From Hydrolagus affinis (Eukaryota), in NCBI GenBank assembly GCA_012026655.1, contig JAAILG010001012.1, positions 1 through 64,000 of the forward strand: DNA of 64,000 nt, in the 5' to 3' direction. The notes under the pieces are model-generated. The model ran no database searches. It was not told where the DNA came from and was given only the letters and a program-made list of their open reading frames with translations. Positions 1 to 57,320 of the stretch are shown here, piece after piece (position 1 is the first letter of the stretch; the number at the start of each line of letters is the position of its first letter). Made by a program: the position numbers and the translations under genes.

Positions 1-145
1 TAGGATGTCATTTGTAACCTTAACCAGGGCAGTTTCTGTGCTGTGGATTGGGCGAAAACCTGATTGGAGGGGTTCAAGGAGTGAGTGGGTTGAAAGGAAG
101 GAGCGGAGCTGGGAGGCAACCGCTCTCTCAAGGACCTTAGATAAA
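1..145 (-). mobile_element. L2/CR1-clade LINE ORF2 reverse transcriptase fragment
   Basis: Minus strand reads [48 protein letters not shown], the QSGFR..HSTETAL RT motif. Confidence 0.9.
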
Positions 146-516
146 GACTATAGAACCAGTATTCCTTCATGGAAGGACAGATGGAAGAAAACATTTCAAT
201 AAAAGAAAAAGTGTAATATCCAATGATAGTTTTTTTTCATAGTCGTCAAATTTTAATAAAATCTATTGATACTGTCAGCAGGCACCATTATAATATTAGT
301 CTAACATCATAATCTTGTTTAAAACAAGTTGTACACAAACTGCATGCCAAATCTCACTTGGCAGAAGACCTGAAGTCCAATGACAAAACCTGAATGGAAA
401 CGTCAAAACACACATTATAAAAAAAAATTAAAATAACTGCTGGAAGTGTGATCAAGACTGCAAAATGCTCTTGAGTTTCGAATACCACTTACAAGCCACT
501 TAAGTATAATTTAAGT

Positions 517-877
517 GGAGTCCTGTAGCTCAGTGGTTAAGAGCACTCGCCTTGCAAGCGAAAGATCTGATGGGTTCTATTCCCAGCAGGGCAAAATGTT
601 GGGCAAGTTTCCTTACTTCACACGCATCTGTTTACCTAGCAGTAAATAGGAACCCGGTTGTTAAGTCAAAAGTTGGATCACTTTTCCAGGGATACTAATC
701 CCTCAAAAAAAGCAATAATAATTTGGTCACTCAATCCACGACTGTTTGTGGAGAATTGGCTGTTGCATTTCGCACACCAATAGTCAATTCATTTCACAGT
801 ATATTCCACGAAGTGCTTTGAGACGTGTAGAAGATGTGAAAAGTGTTATATCGAATGCAAGGATTATTATTCTTATT
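517..877 (+). mobile_element. tRNA-Ala-derived SINE, long form (tRNA head, CORE-like body, Deu-type 3' segment, (TTA)n tail)
   Basis: A box TAGCTCAGTGG, anticodon arm CTCGC-CTTGCAA-GCGA, TTGGGCAAGTTTCCTTACT...GTTTACCTAGCAGTAAATAGG, tail ATGCAAGGATTATTAT; many copies in the window. Confidence 0.9.
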
Positions 878-3800
878 TCATAGTGCGACACCTAAAACTC
901 CATTTAGAGTTCAGTAATTAATTCTCAACCATCAAATCAAGCATGGCAAGTTACAAGTTTCTCCTTCTCATAATCAGATTTTAGCTTTGTTTCATTAGTG
1001 TTGTTGAGAAGATCAAAGCAGTCAGCAATCATATATTTAAAAGTGTCAATTCGTAGGATAGAAGCTGCTTTGCAACATAAAATGTTATTTACATTACACA
1101 TTCCTTACATTACAAAAATACACAGCATTCGTTAAATTGCATTGAAAGTCTCTTAATCAATAGATCTTTGAAGTATTATTGTTAATATTGCACTTACATC
1201 GCGGGCATTAATTTGATACAAGGCATACAAGTCAGAAAATTACAACTTTACTGCTGGCTCCACATTGCTCTCCCTCTGGACTTAGTCCAAATAAAGTAGA
1301 CGTGCAAAAAAACTCTGCTAACCTGTATTGAATGCTGGTTAATTTATAACATTATTTAAAACTGGGAGTCACGCCAACTCTTTAATAATGCTAAAATACC
1401 TGAAGGTCAGTCCATTGAACTACTCATGAACTTTTATACTTAAATGCTTAAGGTCAAAAGTTTGTTTTGCATTAGTTGTAGGCAGTAAGCAGTTGTACTA
1501 CAACACTTGCAAAGTAGAAAGGAAAATGGAAGTCATTTATTTGGATAACTCATGTATAACTGCAGCATGTGTTATGTAAATGCAAATTGTTGATTTATAC
1601 ATTCACCCAACTAGCATATTTAAAAGTTGGTAGTTGGTGTGTGTCAAATTGCTGACAGGGTTTATTAAATTGTTATGATAAAAAGGCTAAAGACAAATAT
1701 ACTCAGGTCTTGATCAGATGCTGATTGGAAAGCTGTGTGTGCATTTGCAGCATTAGGAGCTTTTCTTTTTATCAATTCAATATAGTTATCTTTCCAATCT
1801 AGATAACATCTTTATGCTACCAAAAATACATATTCTATTTGATTTACACGCACCACCCAATTGTTTGAAAAATCACTTGCACTGATGGATGTCAAATGAT
1901 GTAAATGATCATAGTATTTCACAGCCAGCCTGGCTCACTGACAGGAATTGCAAGGGCACACTAGTCGGTGGGGGCGGGGAATCCTCCCACTCAGCTCCTG
2001 TTAACCCCATAAGGCAAAGCCCTAATGGGTAGGGCGGTGCGAGCTGGACAAACAGTAGAAAAACTTACCAGACAGTGATATGAATGGTGAATTAAGTGAT
2101 TTTAGCTGGTTACACTCCAGCAGTACACTCTGGGGTCCCCAAGTCTTGGCTCTTGCCAACCTGTACCTAATGCTCTCCGGAATTAAGTAAATGTCCCATA
2201 ACCTGACCACTTGAGGTGTCTGATCAAAACAAATCGCAATAATTGGATGTAATGAAGCGTTTTAATCACATTAAAGTCTTAAAGAGCTTTGCTTTATGAA
2301 TTACCATTTGTAACATGGTCTTATAAACAACTGAATATATAGTGTATTGCAATCCTTCAATCCTATATTGAATGCCAATATGTTTAGCATTGCTCAAACC
2401 ATGCCACAACTTCCACTTGTGTTGTTCGTGAGATCAATAATAAGAATGTTATTGGCTATTTATGAGGATAACATCCACATCCAAACTCAGATGCCTCTTT
2501 TATTATGGTAGACACATGATTTTTCAAAAATTCTTCTCTTCCCCCACCCCAATTCGCCCATTAATAATCTCTTCTATCTGACTGCAAGTTTATTTTCATC
2601 TGTCTGCAAACACTTGATTCCAAGAATTAGCCACACAAATGAATTCATTGGCAAACTTCATTAAGCACAATGCAGCTTGTGCAAACTCCTTGACCCATTT
2701 TCCTCACATATCGTGTCTATTCTTACACAATTCCCGAAAGGTTTTCTCTAATAAGCTTTGAACTGTAGTCTTTTTCTTATTTAGCTGTTCACAATTCTCT
2801 GAAATGTTTCTAGGGAATTCTGCTGGAAACTCTAAAGGAAAAATTCCACTGGCAAGTGTCACTTTAAATATAAAATTTAATAATGTCCTGTCCTGTTGTT
2901 TTATCACAATGATACTACAACATTTGGTTCAATATAAAAATATATATAACATAAGAGTGTGGTACGAGAAATTGATGATACATCTTGTGCACTTTGATGT
3001 TATTTCCGACATCTGACTGCTTTGCTTGTAAAACCAGAATGAAAGCAAACATTAATGAAAGTTATTTTCTTTTAAAGGCTTTGAGACACCTAAAAAAAGC
3101 CACCCTGACACGTTCTTAAAAAGCAATGCAAAAAGACTTCCAAATGAAACAGAATTTCAATCTTGCATTTTCAGCCAATGTTTGTAAGGCTAAGACTACG
3201 AGAGATTTTCATTCCCAAGAGCAAGTGTCTCAAATTTTTTTTTTCTGAACTAGGAGACTGAGGTCCCTTGCAGCGGTCGAGCACTGCAGCAAAGTGTGCC
3301 TCATAAAACTAGTCAAACAGGAAATGTCGAAAAATGTACACACTTCAACACTGGTGCGAGGCCTTTACAAAACTATTTTGAAACAAAGTTGAGAGGTGGA
3401 AGAAAGTCTCAAAACAATCTTACCCTGAAATGTTTTAATATATTGATTTTAAGTGACATTTCCTCTTAAAAAAATGATCTCATGTCAGTAAGTTACACTG
3501 CGGGGAATGGAAATGGCTTTGTGTATGGGAACATTTATATTAAAATAATTTGAACTTATTAAGACAATATTATAAACATTCACACACATGAGCTATGGTC
3601 TTAAATGCCTTACAAATCACACTGGGCTTAGGGCCTAAGTACCTTAAAATCATATTTAAGCAGAATACATACTGAATATATTCTTCTAGGTCACAAATGA
3701 ACCTGATATCTTACCAACTAAGGTTGACTTTTAGATCAATCCACTGAAATGGTAAATAGCTAAAATGAAAACAATTTTGAAATACAATGTGTTGATCATT

Positions 3801-4019
3801 TAATACCCCTTAGGAGACAAACAAAAATTCACGTTCCATATCTGGAAAACGTGCTGAGAAAGAGAAAGTTTTATAATATGGAAAAAATAAGAAATTTAGT
3901 TGAACCACTGTATTATATGAATTATATCCCAACTATCATACAATTCTTTTTCAGTACATTAAACTCCCGATAACTATATTTATCCCAATTTATCCCGAAT
4001 GGTGAAATTAGTCACATAT

Positions 4020-4147
4020 CATCCACAAATACACAGTCGCTACACTTCACAGTAAATCCTGTAAAGCAATTTGGGACATCCTCCTGAACTACACCACACT
4101 AAATCCAAGGAAGATTATTATTAGTAGTAGTAGTAGTAGTAGTAGTA
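4020..4147 (+). mobile_element. Degenerate SINE 3' fragment ending in (TAG)n microsatellite
   Basis: Similar to the SINE tail; tagtagtag run at about 4122-4147. Confidence 0.6.
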
Positions 4148-4344
4148 TAAATAATAAATGTGGCCATCATGAGGACTTAAATGGTTGTGAAAAGTTAATC
4201 CAGTGTCAAATTATACTTTATTCTTTAAAAGTTTATCATACCACTAATAATTATAAGCCTTGGATTTGATATTGCATTTTAACATGTCATCAAACTATCT
4301 CAAAGTGCTTCACAGAATTGACTAAATAATAACAGAATATTGTA

Positions 4345-4582
4345 TGGATACTTACCAATAAAGCATTCCAGCACACTTGGTAAAATAAAAATTCCAGCGT
4401 TCGTTAAGTTTAATAAGTGCGCATGTGCACGCATTGCACGCATGCACAAAGTGAGCAAATTTGCGAGTGTCCCGGATGGCTCCAGTATGAGATCAGTTTG
4501 CTGGAATGGTGAATTTTATTGGGAGGTACGGGTTGGTTGAGCATTCCGGTTAGTTGGGTGCCGGATAAACAAGCTTTTACTG
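4345..4582. mobile_element. Tigger/pogo-type MITE remnant (one intact end)
   Basis: Ends GCCGGATAAACAAGCTTTTACTG followed by TA; internal inverted repeat CCAATAAA..CATTCCAGCA / TGCTGGAATG..TTTATTGG. Confidence 0.6.
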
Positions 4583-5374
4583 TATATTCAACGAGTTGGC
4601 CTGAAAGATCTGATCCTGTGCTGTACGTTCCATGTAATTCATGACTATTGGTTGTGGAATGAGTTTTCTCTGGTCAGTCTCAACACAAAACTGCCATTTA
4701 ATTGCATGCTGTGCAAAATTTAAACGTTGGGAGTTTCAAAGTCCATGATTTTGCAATAAAGTTTTGGCGTTAAACTTGGGAATTTTCATCACCTAATCTG
4801 TTTAGTATCAATGGTAGATTATGAGCAGGATTTGGAGTTAAAGTTCAGGCCCAGTTTTCATATACTTCTTCATTAGAATGCAGCAATTTTAGAACAGCCC
4901 CAAGGCACAATTTTAAAAAAATTAATTCTTGGTCATTTGGAAAACAAAATGGGATTAATAACCCAATCTTTCAATCCAGTGAGAATTTGCTGCTGGAGAG
5001 AAGAAAAGCAGCATCGTCTAGAAAGGATAAGTTGCCAGTTCTGGACAATAAAATGTTCAAGCCTGAAAACATTCGCTATCCCTTCAACTAATTGTAGGAG
5101 ATAAGAAAGGTATCTTTAAAACCATTCTAATTTTTTTTTTAAATGTTTTATTGTGCTTTGAGGCAATGAAAATGCATCGTGCAATTACTGAACAAAAGGA
5201 TTTAAAAGCACGATACTTATTATGTTAGTCACCAGGGAGTGGGGTGGATGACTGATGCAGGTAGCTAAGTCTTTGTGTTCCACTGAATATCTTCTCTGGA
5301 AAGGTTAATATTTCATTAACTCCTATATTTAGCAAAGTCACACAGCTGGAACTTTGCAACCCAAGTATTTAGCT

Positions 5375-5600
5375 TGCCTAATAATAATCCCTAAATAAAA
5401 ACAATAAAAAGTTGGTCATTTCCATCCACGACTGTTTGTGGGAGACTGCTGTGCACTATAGGCTGTCACGTTTTGCCCACAAATATATTCAGTCAATTCA
5501 CTTTACAATATATTCTATGAAGCGCTTTGAGACAACAACAAAGTTTCACGACATCTAGAAGTCATGAAAAGCACTATATCATATGCAAGGATTATTATTA
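5375..5600 (+). mobile_element. SINE, 5'-truncated copy
   Basis: Matches the 3' two-thirds of the 517-877 element. Confidence 0.85.
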
Positions 5601-6819
5601 GTATCTCAACTCTGTTGACTGCCACATGGTGCCAGTAGAAATATACTGCAGTCTCTCCTCGGGAACTGGCCTAAGTTAACATGCATAAATTTGGCTTGAT
5701 TAACTCATCTTCTCATTGTATATTTCTGCTGAGGAACCTTGCCTTTCTCGAACAGTGAAGGGAAAAACTAAATTTAGATTTCTTGCTGTGCAGAGAACTC
5801 ACAGGTACAAATCCAAACTGGCATTAATTCGTAATGTCACTTCATTCTTTTGAACTTCCAAATTATTTGCCTTCACTGTAAAAAAAGAAGTTACAAGTAA
5901 GTTGAAATACCATTAAGAATTACTGCAGGTATTCTCAAATGGTGTATTGCAAGAGATGAATTTATAGAAATAATTGCACATCATTATTTACAGGAGCTGA
6001 CCTCACAGGGATTAGTGAGATTTGAGATTTCAAATCTCAATCTATTTCAAATCTATCTGAGATTTCAGATTTCAGAATTACTTCTGAGGAGTTATCAGTG
6101 TACTCGTTGTTTCTCATATAAGCAGATCAGGGAGCTAGAGACTTATGGTGAGAACAGACTAATATTACGTGCAACAAACCAAGCTACCTCATTAGTTCAA
6201 AGAAAACAAGTCAAAACCACAAAAACTGGAGCCAGAGAACAGCTGCAGCACACGTAAAAAATATTCCCAACCTAGTTAAAACAGACTTTCCTGAGAATAC
6301 AGATATTATCAAAGCGTAGCTCGATTCTGGAAGCCTACATTCACTCTTATTGCATGCTACCATCCAGCATGAATCAACTGTGGCAGAAAGATCTTCAGAG
6401 ATTTTAATAGCAGCCATCAAATGGTTGAGTTCATTTCTTTTTAGAGAACGCCTAGCAATCTTTATATTTGGTACTGTTCAGGGGGATGTCTCAAAGCACA
6501 TCACAGAATATATTGTAGTGTATTTTGTGTATTTATTGTGCCTGTGTATTTTGTAGTTACAGCTAATTTGCACATAGCAATGTCCAACAATGCAGCCCTC
6601 TCTCTCCCAGCTCCACACTCTTGAGTCTAGACATTGAGTTAAAAGTTCTGAAGCGAGGCTTGCATTAACAACTTTCTGACTCAGAGGAGGTGAGAGTGTC
6701 ATCACGTGAGTTAGGCATTTCAAATTGATGTGAAATTAATTTCTAGACTTTACGAACATTCACAATAACATCAACCATTACATATTGAAGAGCGTAATTT
6801 TAGAAAATGACCACGACAT

Positions 6820-7090
6820 CAATCAATCAAACCTTACATTTATATAGCGCCTTCACGTCGAGGGAACGCGCCAAGGCGCTGTACAGTCAGGTAGGGACAA
6901 GAGCAGGGGGGAGGTCGGGGCAGGATGAAGAAGAGTAGGAAAATTGACTATATTTGTGGGAGAACCGTGGCAGCCAAATTGCACACAGCAGTGTCCCACA
7001 AACAGTCATGGAAGTGGGATTAGGGGAAAAAGGGGGGAAAGATGGCAAACGGAGGGTGTCAGGGTAGGGGAAAGGAGAGCCATAGGTCAT
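6820..7090 (-). mobile_element. L2-type 3' end with embedded SINE 3' segment
   Basis: TTTATATAGCGCCTTCAC tail, purine-rich UTR, internal GGCAGCCAAATTGCACACAGCAGTGTCCCACAAACAG. Confidence 0.65.
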
Positions 7091-8239
7091 AAATATTTTG
7101 ATTACATTTAGCCAATCCAGAACAGTGGGTTATGCTGAACACTGCCAGAAGCAGAATTGTGCTCAGGATCTAGTCAGCAGGCAATTTCATAAAGAAAATA
7201 TGTTTTTAGTATAAAGAGGAATTCAGCAGTTAATGCTATACAATATCACTAATCAGATTTTCTTGGTGGTGGCACTCTTCTGCTTTGGATGGGGGGGTGG
7301 GAGGGGAGTAAAGAAAGAAAGTGGGAAGAAGCATCTTCTTTGCACTAACAATGCTAGTTGAAAAGCTTGCAGTTTGCTCTTTTTGCGTTGTCTGCCACAG
7401 GTATAAACCTAGATCCGCTGGAATTTCAAGAGAAGTTGATGGGTGTTTTCCTGGATTGCTCTGATGCACCTTCTCCACTGTGCAGGCTAATGGTTAAAAC
7501 ATTCATGGCTCAAACCCACAAAACTCAGCACTACTCAAAATCATATTGGAACAGTTGAAAGTTTGCTCTGAAAAATGTAAACCTCCCCACGTTTGGATAA
7601 AAAAATTTAATCTGGCACAAAGGCTTATGCATCATCACTAGGTTTTCTAAAAATTCTTTCGTAGATGGGATGCTGGAAATTAATTACCCGTAACTTGATT
7701 GCTGCTTGACAGACAGACTGCTGCGGGTCACATCAACAGAAACAGCAACACTGTTTGCAAGAGTTCATGGTAATAAAGAAGCTGGCGAAGTTTTGGGTGA
7801 TCAAAAGTTTTTTTTAAAAAAAGAGATCACGAGACAATCTCAGTGATTCATTCCATCATTTCACATCAGCAGATACAGGTTTATTTATGTGCGAATGAGA
7901 TGTTATTGAAAACTTTATTGTGCATTTAATGCAGGTTTAATTGGAAACAGTTCAACTGACTTTGGATCAAACTGATTTATAGTGCGAGTCTGCAATGAAA
8001 AATTGATGCTCCTTGCATTTTAGTGGAGCTGTTGTGGGATAAAAGTTAATAGCAGTAATGCATTTGTCCCTGAGTATTTTTGTTCTATATTACAACCTTG
8101 ATAAAGCACTGCATTATACAATTTCATTCGCATTTTTACATTTTTAAAAATCTTTTAAACTATTAATAGCAGAATACCTTTGCCACAATTCAAAGATAAT
8201 TTTGCAATAATTATTATTATAACTGGAAGCGTATGTTAC

Positions 8240-53181
<44,942 letters not shown>

Positions 53182-53589
53182 CTACAAAGAAAATAAATTT
53201 TAAAAATGTTAGCACATCTTTTTTTTAAAACAAACAATATGATACAAGCTAACCTCTCAGACAAAAAAGGTTATATATGGATGTGTGGAAAAAGCATTTT
53301 GCCAGCCATATATAAATGCCCCTGCATTTTCTCTCTCTTTCCCCAGCAATCCCTACACCCAATATGGGTTTCAGAACAGCAAAGGCAAAAGTTTATATCT
53401 GGTAGAAGCTAATTACCAATGTTGGCATGATTCTCATTGATCAGTTCAAAAAACCTGCAAGTTATGGAAAGAAATTCCGAGGCTTGAATGTACAGTTACA
53501 GGATTTCACCGAAAAATTAGCTTTAACCTTCTGAGACTAATTTTGCATTCTATTTCAACAAACCCATATTAGATCGAAGGACAAGTGGG

Positions 53590-53716
53590 AGGACAAGTTT
53601 GCAGGGCAATGGGGAGAGAGAGGGATTGATTTGGACAGCATGTTTCAAACAGCCGGTCAAGACACGATGGGCTGAATGGCCTCCTACTGTGCTGCATAAT
53701 ACTATGATCCTATGAA
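53590..53716 (+). mobile_element. CR1/HER1-type 3' end
   Basis: GACACGATGGGCTGAATGGCCTCCTACTGTGCTG..CTATGATCCTATGA. Confidence 0.8.
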
Positions 53717-56149
53717 AGCACTGAATGCAAACCGTATTTTGTTAGATGACGCCACTGTGAAGTGGTCCGGGACGCTACCCCGCGTGAAGGGTTCTATATA
53801 AATGCAAGTTGTTGTGGTTTTGGCAAATCTTTTCAGATTCACTGCCATTGTACCAGAGTTCCACATGATAGTGTCCAAAAAATTATATTCTATCGTGCAC
53901 ATTAGAAAGGTTGAACGATTACCAAATGTCATCAGCGCAATTCAGAAATCTAATCGTGTTTGTGTAAAATATGTTCTTGTTTGGCATTGTCAGTTTCTGT
54001 TTACACTAATTTGCCGAATGAATAATTACAGCAAAAGGGTCTGTCACCCAAAAATTCGGAAACTGGCTTTTTTTTTATCAGTAGTTTATAAAAATCCTGA
54101 TCCAAGCACATTTCTTGGCAAAACAGATGATGAGTTTATCGAGATGCAACTGTAGCACTACATGAACTGAACTGCATTATAGTGGCGACAGATATACAAC
54201 ATTATTATCAAATACTTTTGTAAAACAAATCAACAATGATTCATTAATGGCATTTAAAGGGCTAAAAGCAACACTGCAAGACAAAACTTGGTCCAGCACT
54301 CAAATAAGTTTTTATCTATTAAAATAATCTTATTTGGGAAATATTGGCTTATTTCTAAATTTTAGAAACAAAAATTATGTTGCCAAAAACTATTATTTTT
54401 TTACCTGAAAAATGAAACCACGAAATATACAATCAATCTATAGTATATTTTGTGAAGTGCTGAATCGGCTCAACGATGTGATAAGGCACTATATCAAATG
54501 CAAGGATTATTATTATTAAATATGTCGCTTGCATTATTCAACACAACTAAAATAATGTATGCCATGGGAAAAGAGGACAGATTGCATTAATGCATATTAT
54601 TCTACCATTCCCCTCTTTATGAAAATTTACAATTCTTTGCATTGCCCCAGCCATACAGCCATCTAAAAAGGTACCGGATTAAAGTATTGCCAAAATTAGC
54701 TCAGCTGGTTGGCGTGCTGAAAAAAAACCAAGATTAGCAAGAGATAGAGATTCAGGTTCAAGCCAGAAATTGTAAACATGTTCCAATTGAATCTGAAATA
54801 GTCTTAAACCACTTCTGAACAGGTAGTTTCAGTACAAGAATTTACAATGGTGCACAAGCTACACAGACTGATCACATAGTTTTGTGGAAACTACAATTGT
54901 ACGCAATAAAATGCATGAACACGCTACCAGTCTGTACTCAATCAGAAATAAACTCAATAGTGGTTAAAAATAAAAGGTACTTAGGAATTTACAGAGTTGG
55001 AAAAGGCCTTTAGCAGCCCATCTGGCAGGTCCCTTAGCAGAAAACAAAAGTCATACGGTATCATCCCTCACTACATAATGCATTGCATAAGGTTTTGTGT
55101 AAAGCAGTTAACTATTCCAAGCTCAAATGTGTGCTCTTTTCTAATATGTGTTGATGTTAAACATTTATACAGTTATCGACACATTTCAAGATCTTTTGAT
55201 ACTTAAATACTCCTGAGCATTCTTTGCTCCAATATGAAGCTATTGTAGCCCATCTTTGTAACTAAAGTTCCCACCCTTGCTATCAATGTAGTTATCCTTG
55301 TTGTATCATCTCCAATGTCAGGAGAATAACATAATGACTGATCAATGACTGATGTAGTTATATCTACATAAATATATGGACATTAAGCCTGCAGTTATAC
55401 TACAGCAGCAAGAAGAAAAGCCTCTTGGAAGTCTTCAAAAGATCAGCCGAGTTGAAGTCAGGCAGTAGTGCTATGTAATATTCCTTGCATTTGATATAGG
55501 GCTTTTCACATCTTATCGACATCTCAAAGTGCTTATTGCACTATAGGACTTCTAACAAGGAAACAGTGATATGGTACATGCCTACCAGAGACATTCGTTT
55601 AGCTTTAGGTTCATATTATATAAAATATGAATAGGTTACATTAAAATATGCATTTATATGGTATCTTTTGCATCGAGAGGCCACCTCTCAACACTTTGTA
55701 CTGCTGACTGACCCCTCTGAGGTGTGGCTGGGAGTGAAGAAATATGATCAATAGAGCAGTCGTAGAGGTACGTCATAAGATGGGAAAGGGATAAATACAC
55801 GTAGGTAATCATTAAGACAAATCTCACTGTATTTTCTATCCATTCCTCACATAAGCTAATTCATGACATGTACAGACAGATTCAAATGATCATCTTGCAT
55901 GTAAGAGCCTTACATGTCGGGATGACGTCCCAAACCACTTCACAGGATTTCCTGCAAAGTTGAGTGGTTGTGTATTTTGTCGGTGAGCACGGCAGCCCAA
56001 CTGCATACAGCAGTGGCCCACAGTCATGAACGACCAGTTCAAATAGCATTATTTGCAGCCTATTAGTTCGAGTTAGATTCTAAAAACACAGAATAATGTT
56101 CGACCTAAAAATTCCGCCTTCTTATAAACCAGACAAAAAAAGCTTTGCT

Positions 56150-56360
56150 TCACAGAAACTCTGGAACATTTCTCCTCCTCTATCCCTCCGCCTTGGCCCT
56201 TCCTTCCACATTTTCAGATCACACCTCAAGGCCTTCCTCCCTCTTTGACCTGGTCTACAGTCACCTCCCCACCAGGCATTAAGCTCAGCCACTGTCAAGT
56301 GCTCTGGGAAGCCACCCTGAGTGAGGGATGCTACGTAAGTGTGCGTTGTCTTTGTTGCTT
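56150..56360 (+). mobile_element. L2-type 3' end
   Basis: CTCTGGAAC..TTCAGATCACACCTCAAGGCCTTCCTC..AAGTGCTCTGGGAAGCC. Confidence 0.7.
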
Positions 56361-57199
56361 TCATGTCAAACGTGTATTTTGTAGAAGGGTCTCGAGTAAT
56401 TTTAGCCTCGGTTCATAAACCCAGGCCATCTCAAAACAAAGCACCATAGAATCAGGAGACATGTACACCCAGTCGGGGCATTGGAATGGATTTCTGTCAC
56501 AAGGTTGAGTGGGAAACCCTATAGATCTAATTAGAACATTTCTTGCTTGCGCATGTCTGGGTTAGACCCACCTCCGTAAACATTCCATTCTGGTTTCTCA
56601 CTGGATTGCAAGACTGGAAGAACAGCAGTAAATACAAATTCTGGCAATATCCTGCAGACAGAAGGGTCATGAATGGAAATCTAGAGGCACATGAAGCTGT
56701 AATTCTGCCGATAAGTGGACCACAAAGTTGTTTCCAGGCCATATTCTGAGTACCACTGCAAGAGACCTATGTTATTTAACACCATTAAGTAACATGAAGC
56801 TTTTTTGGCAGATTTTATTATCAATGCACTTCAAAGGATTAAAGGAAAACCAGATTACATTTTTTTTGACATTCTACATTGCTGTAGAATGTCATGAGTA
56901 CTGTGTAGCAGAACAAGTTACAACTTTACATGTTATGGTTCTATATCCCACACACCCCTTTTTTTTAAAACGCTTGTCAAAACCAGGAAATCATAAAAGC
57001 AACTATTCGACAGAAACTATCAACTGGATTGTTGACATAGGAGCACATGCTAAACTACATTTGTTTATAAAGGGAGATGCATTCTTAAAATACCTAGGGA
57101 ATCAGTCTTACATTGTACGTTTTTTTCTTTAAGATCTTAAGTTATTTATTGTTGTAGGTACATTTCAGAGTGCCAAGAATTCTTGACCTGAAGAGGCAG

Positions 57200-57320
57200 A
57201 CAGGATTCCAGTTTAACACCTCATCCAAAGGAAAGCCCCTCCAACAATGTAGTACACTACCAGCATTTTAGGAGTGTCAACCTTGACTGTGATACAACAC
57301 AAGGCTTGAACTCACAGAGC
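57200..57320 (-). mobile_element. Degenerate DeuSINE fragment
   Basis: Reverse complement GAGTTCAAGCC..GGTTGACACTCC..CATTGTTGGAGGGGC..TTTGGATGAGGTGTTAAAC matches 41370-41470. Confidence 0.6.

Noticed and set aside
2069-2170. SBF2 exon 17
   Set aside because: The donor is strong, but the translation does not resemble the expected next SBF2 exon and the site lies in a dispersed repeat. Exon 17 is probably left of the window.
3316-3325. FOX:ETS motif AAACAGGAA (also near 25900 and 51560)
   Set aside because: 9-mers like this are expected by chance in 64 kb of AT-rich DNA, and there is no supporting evidence.
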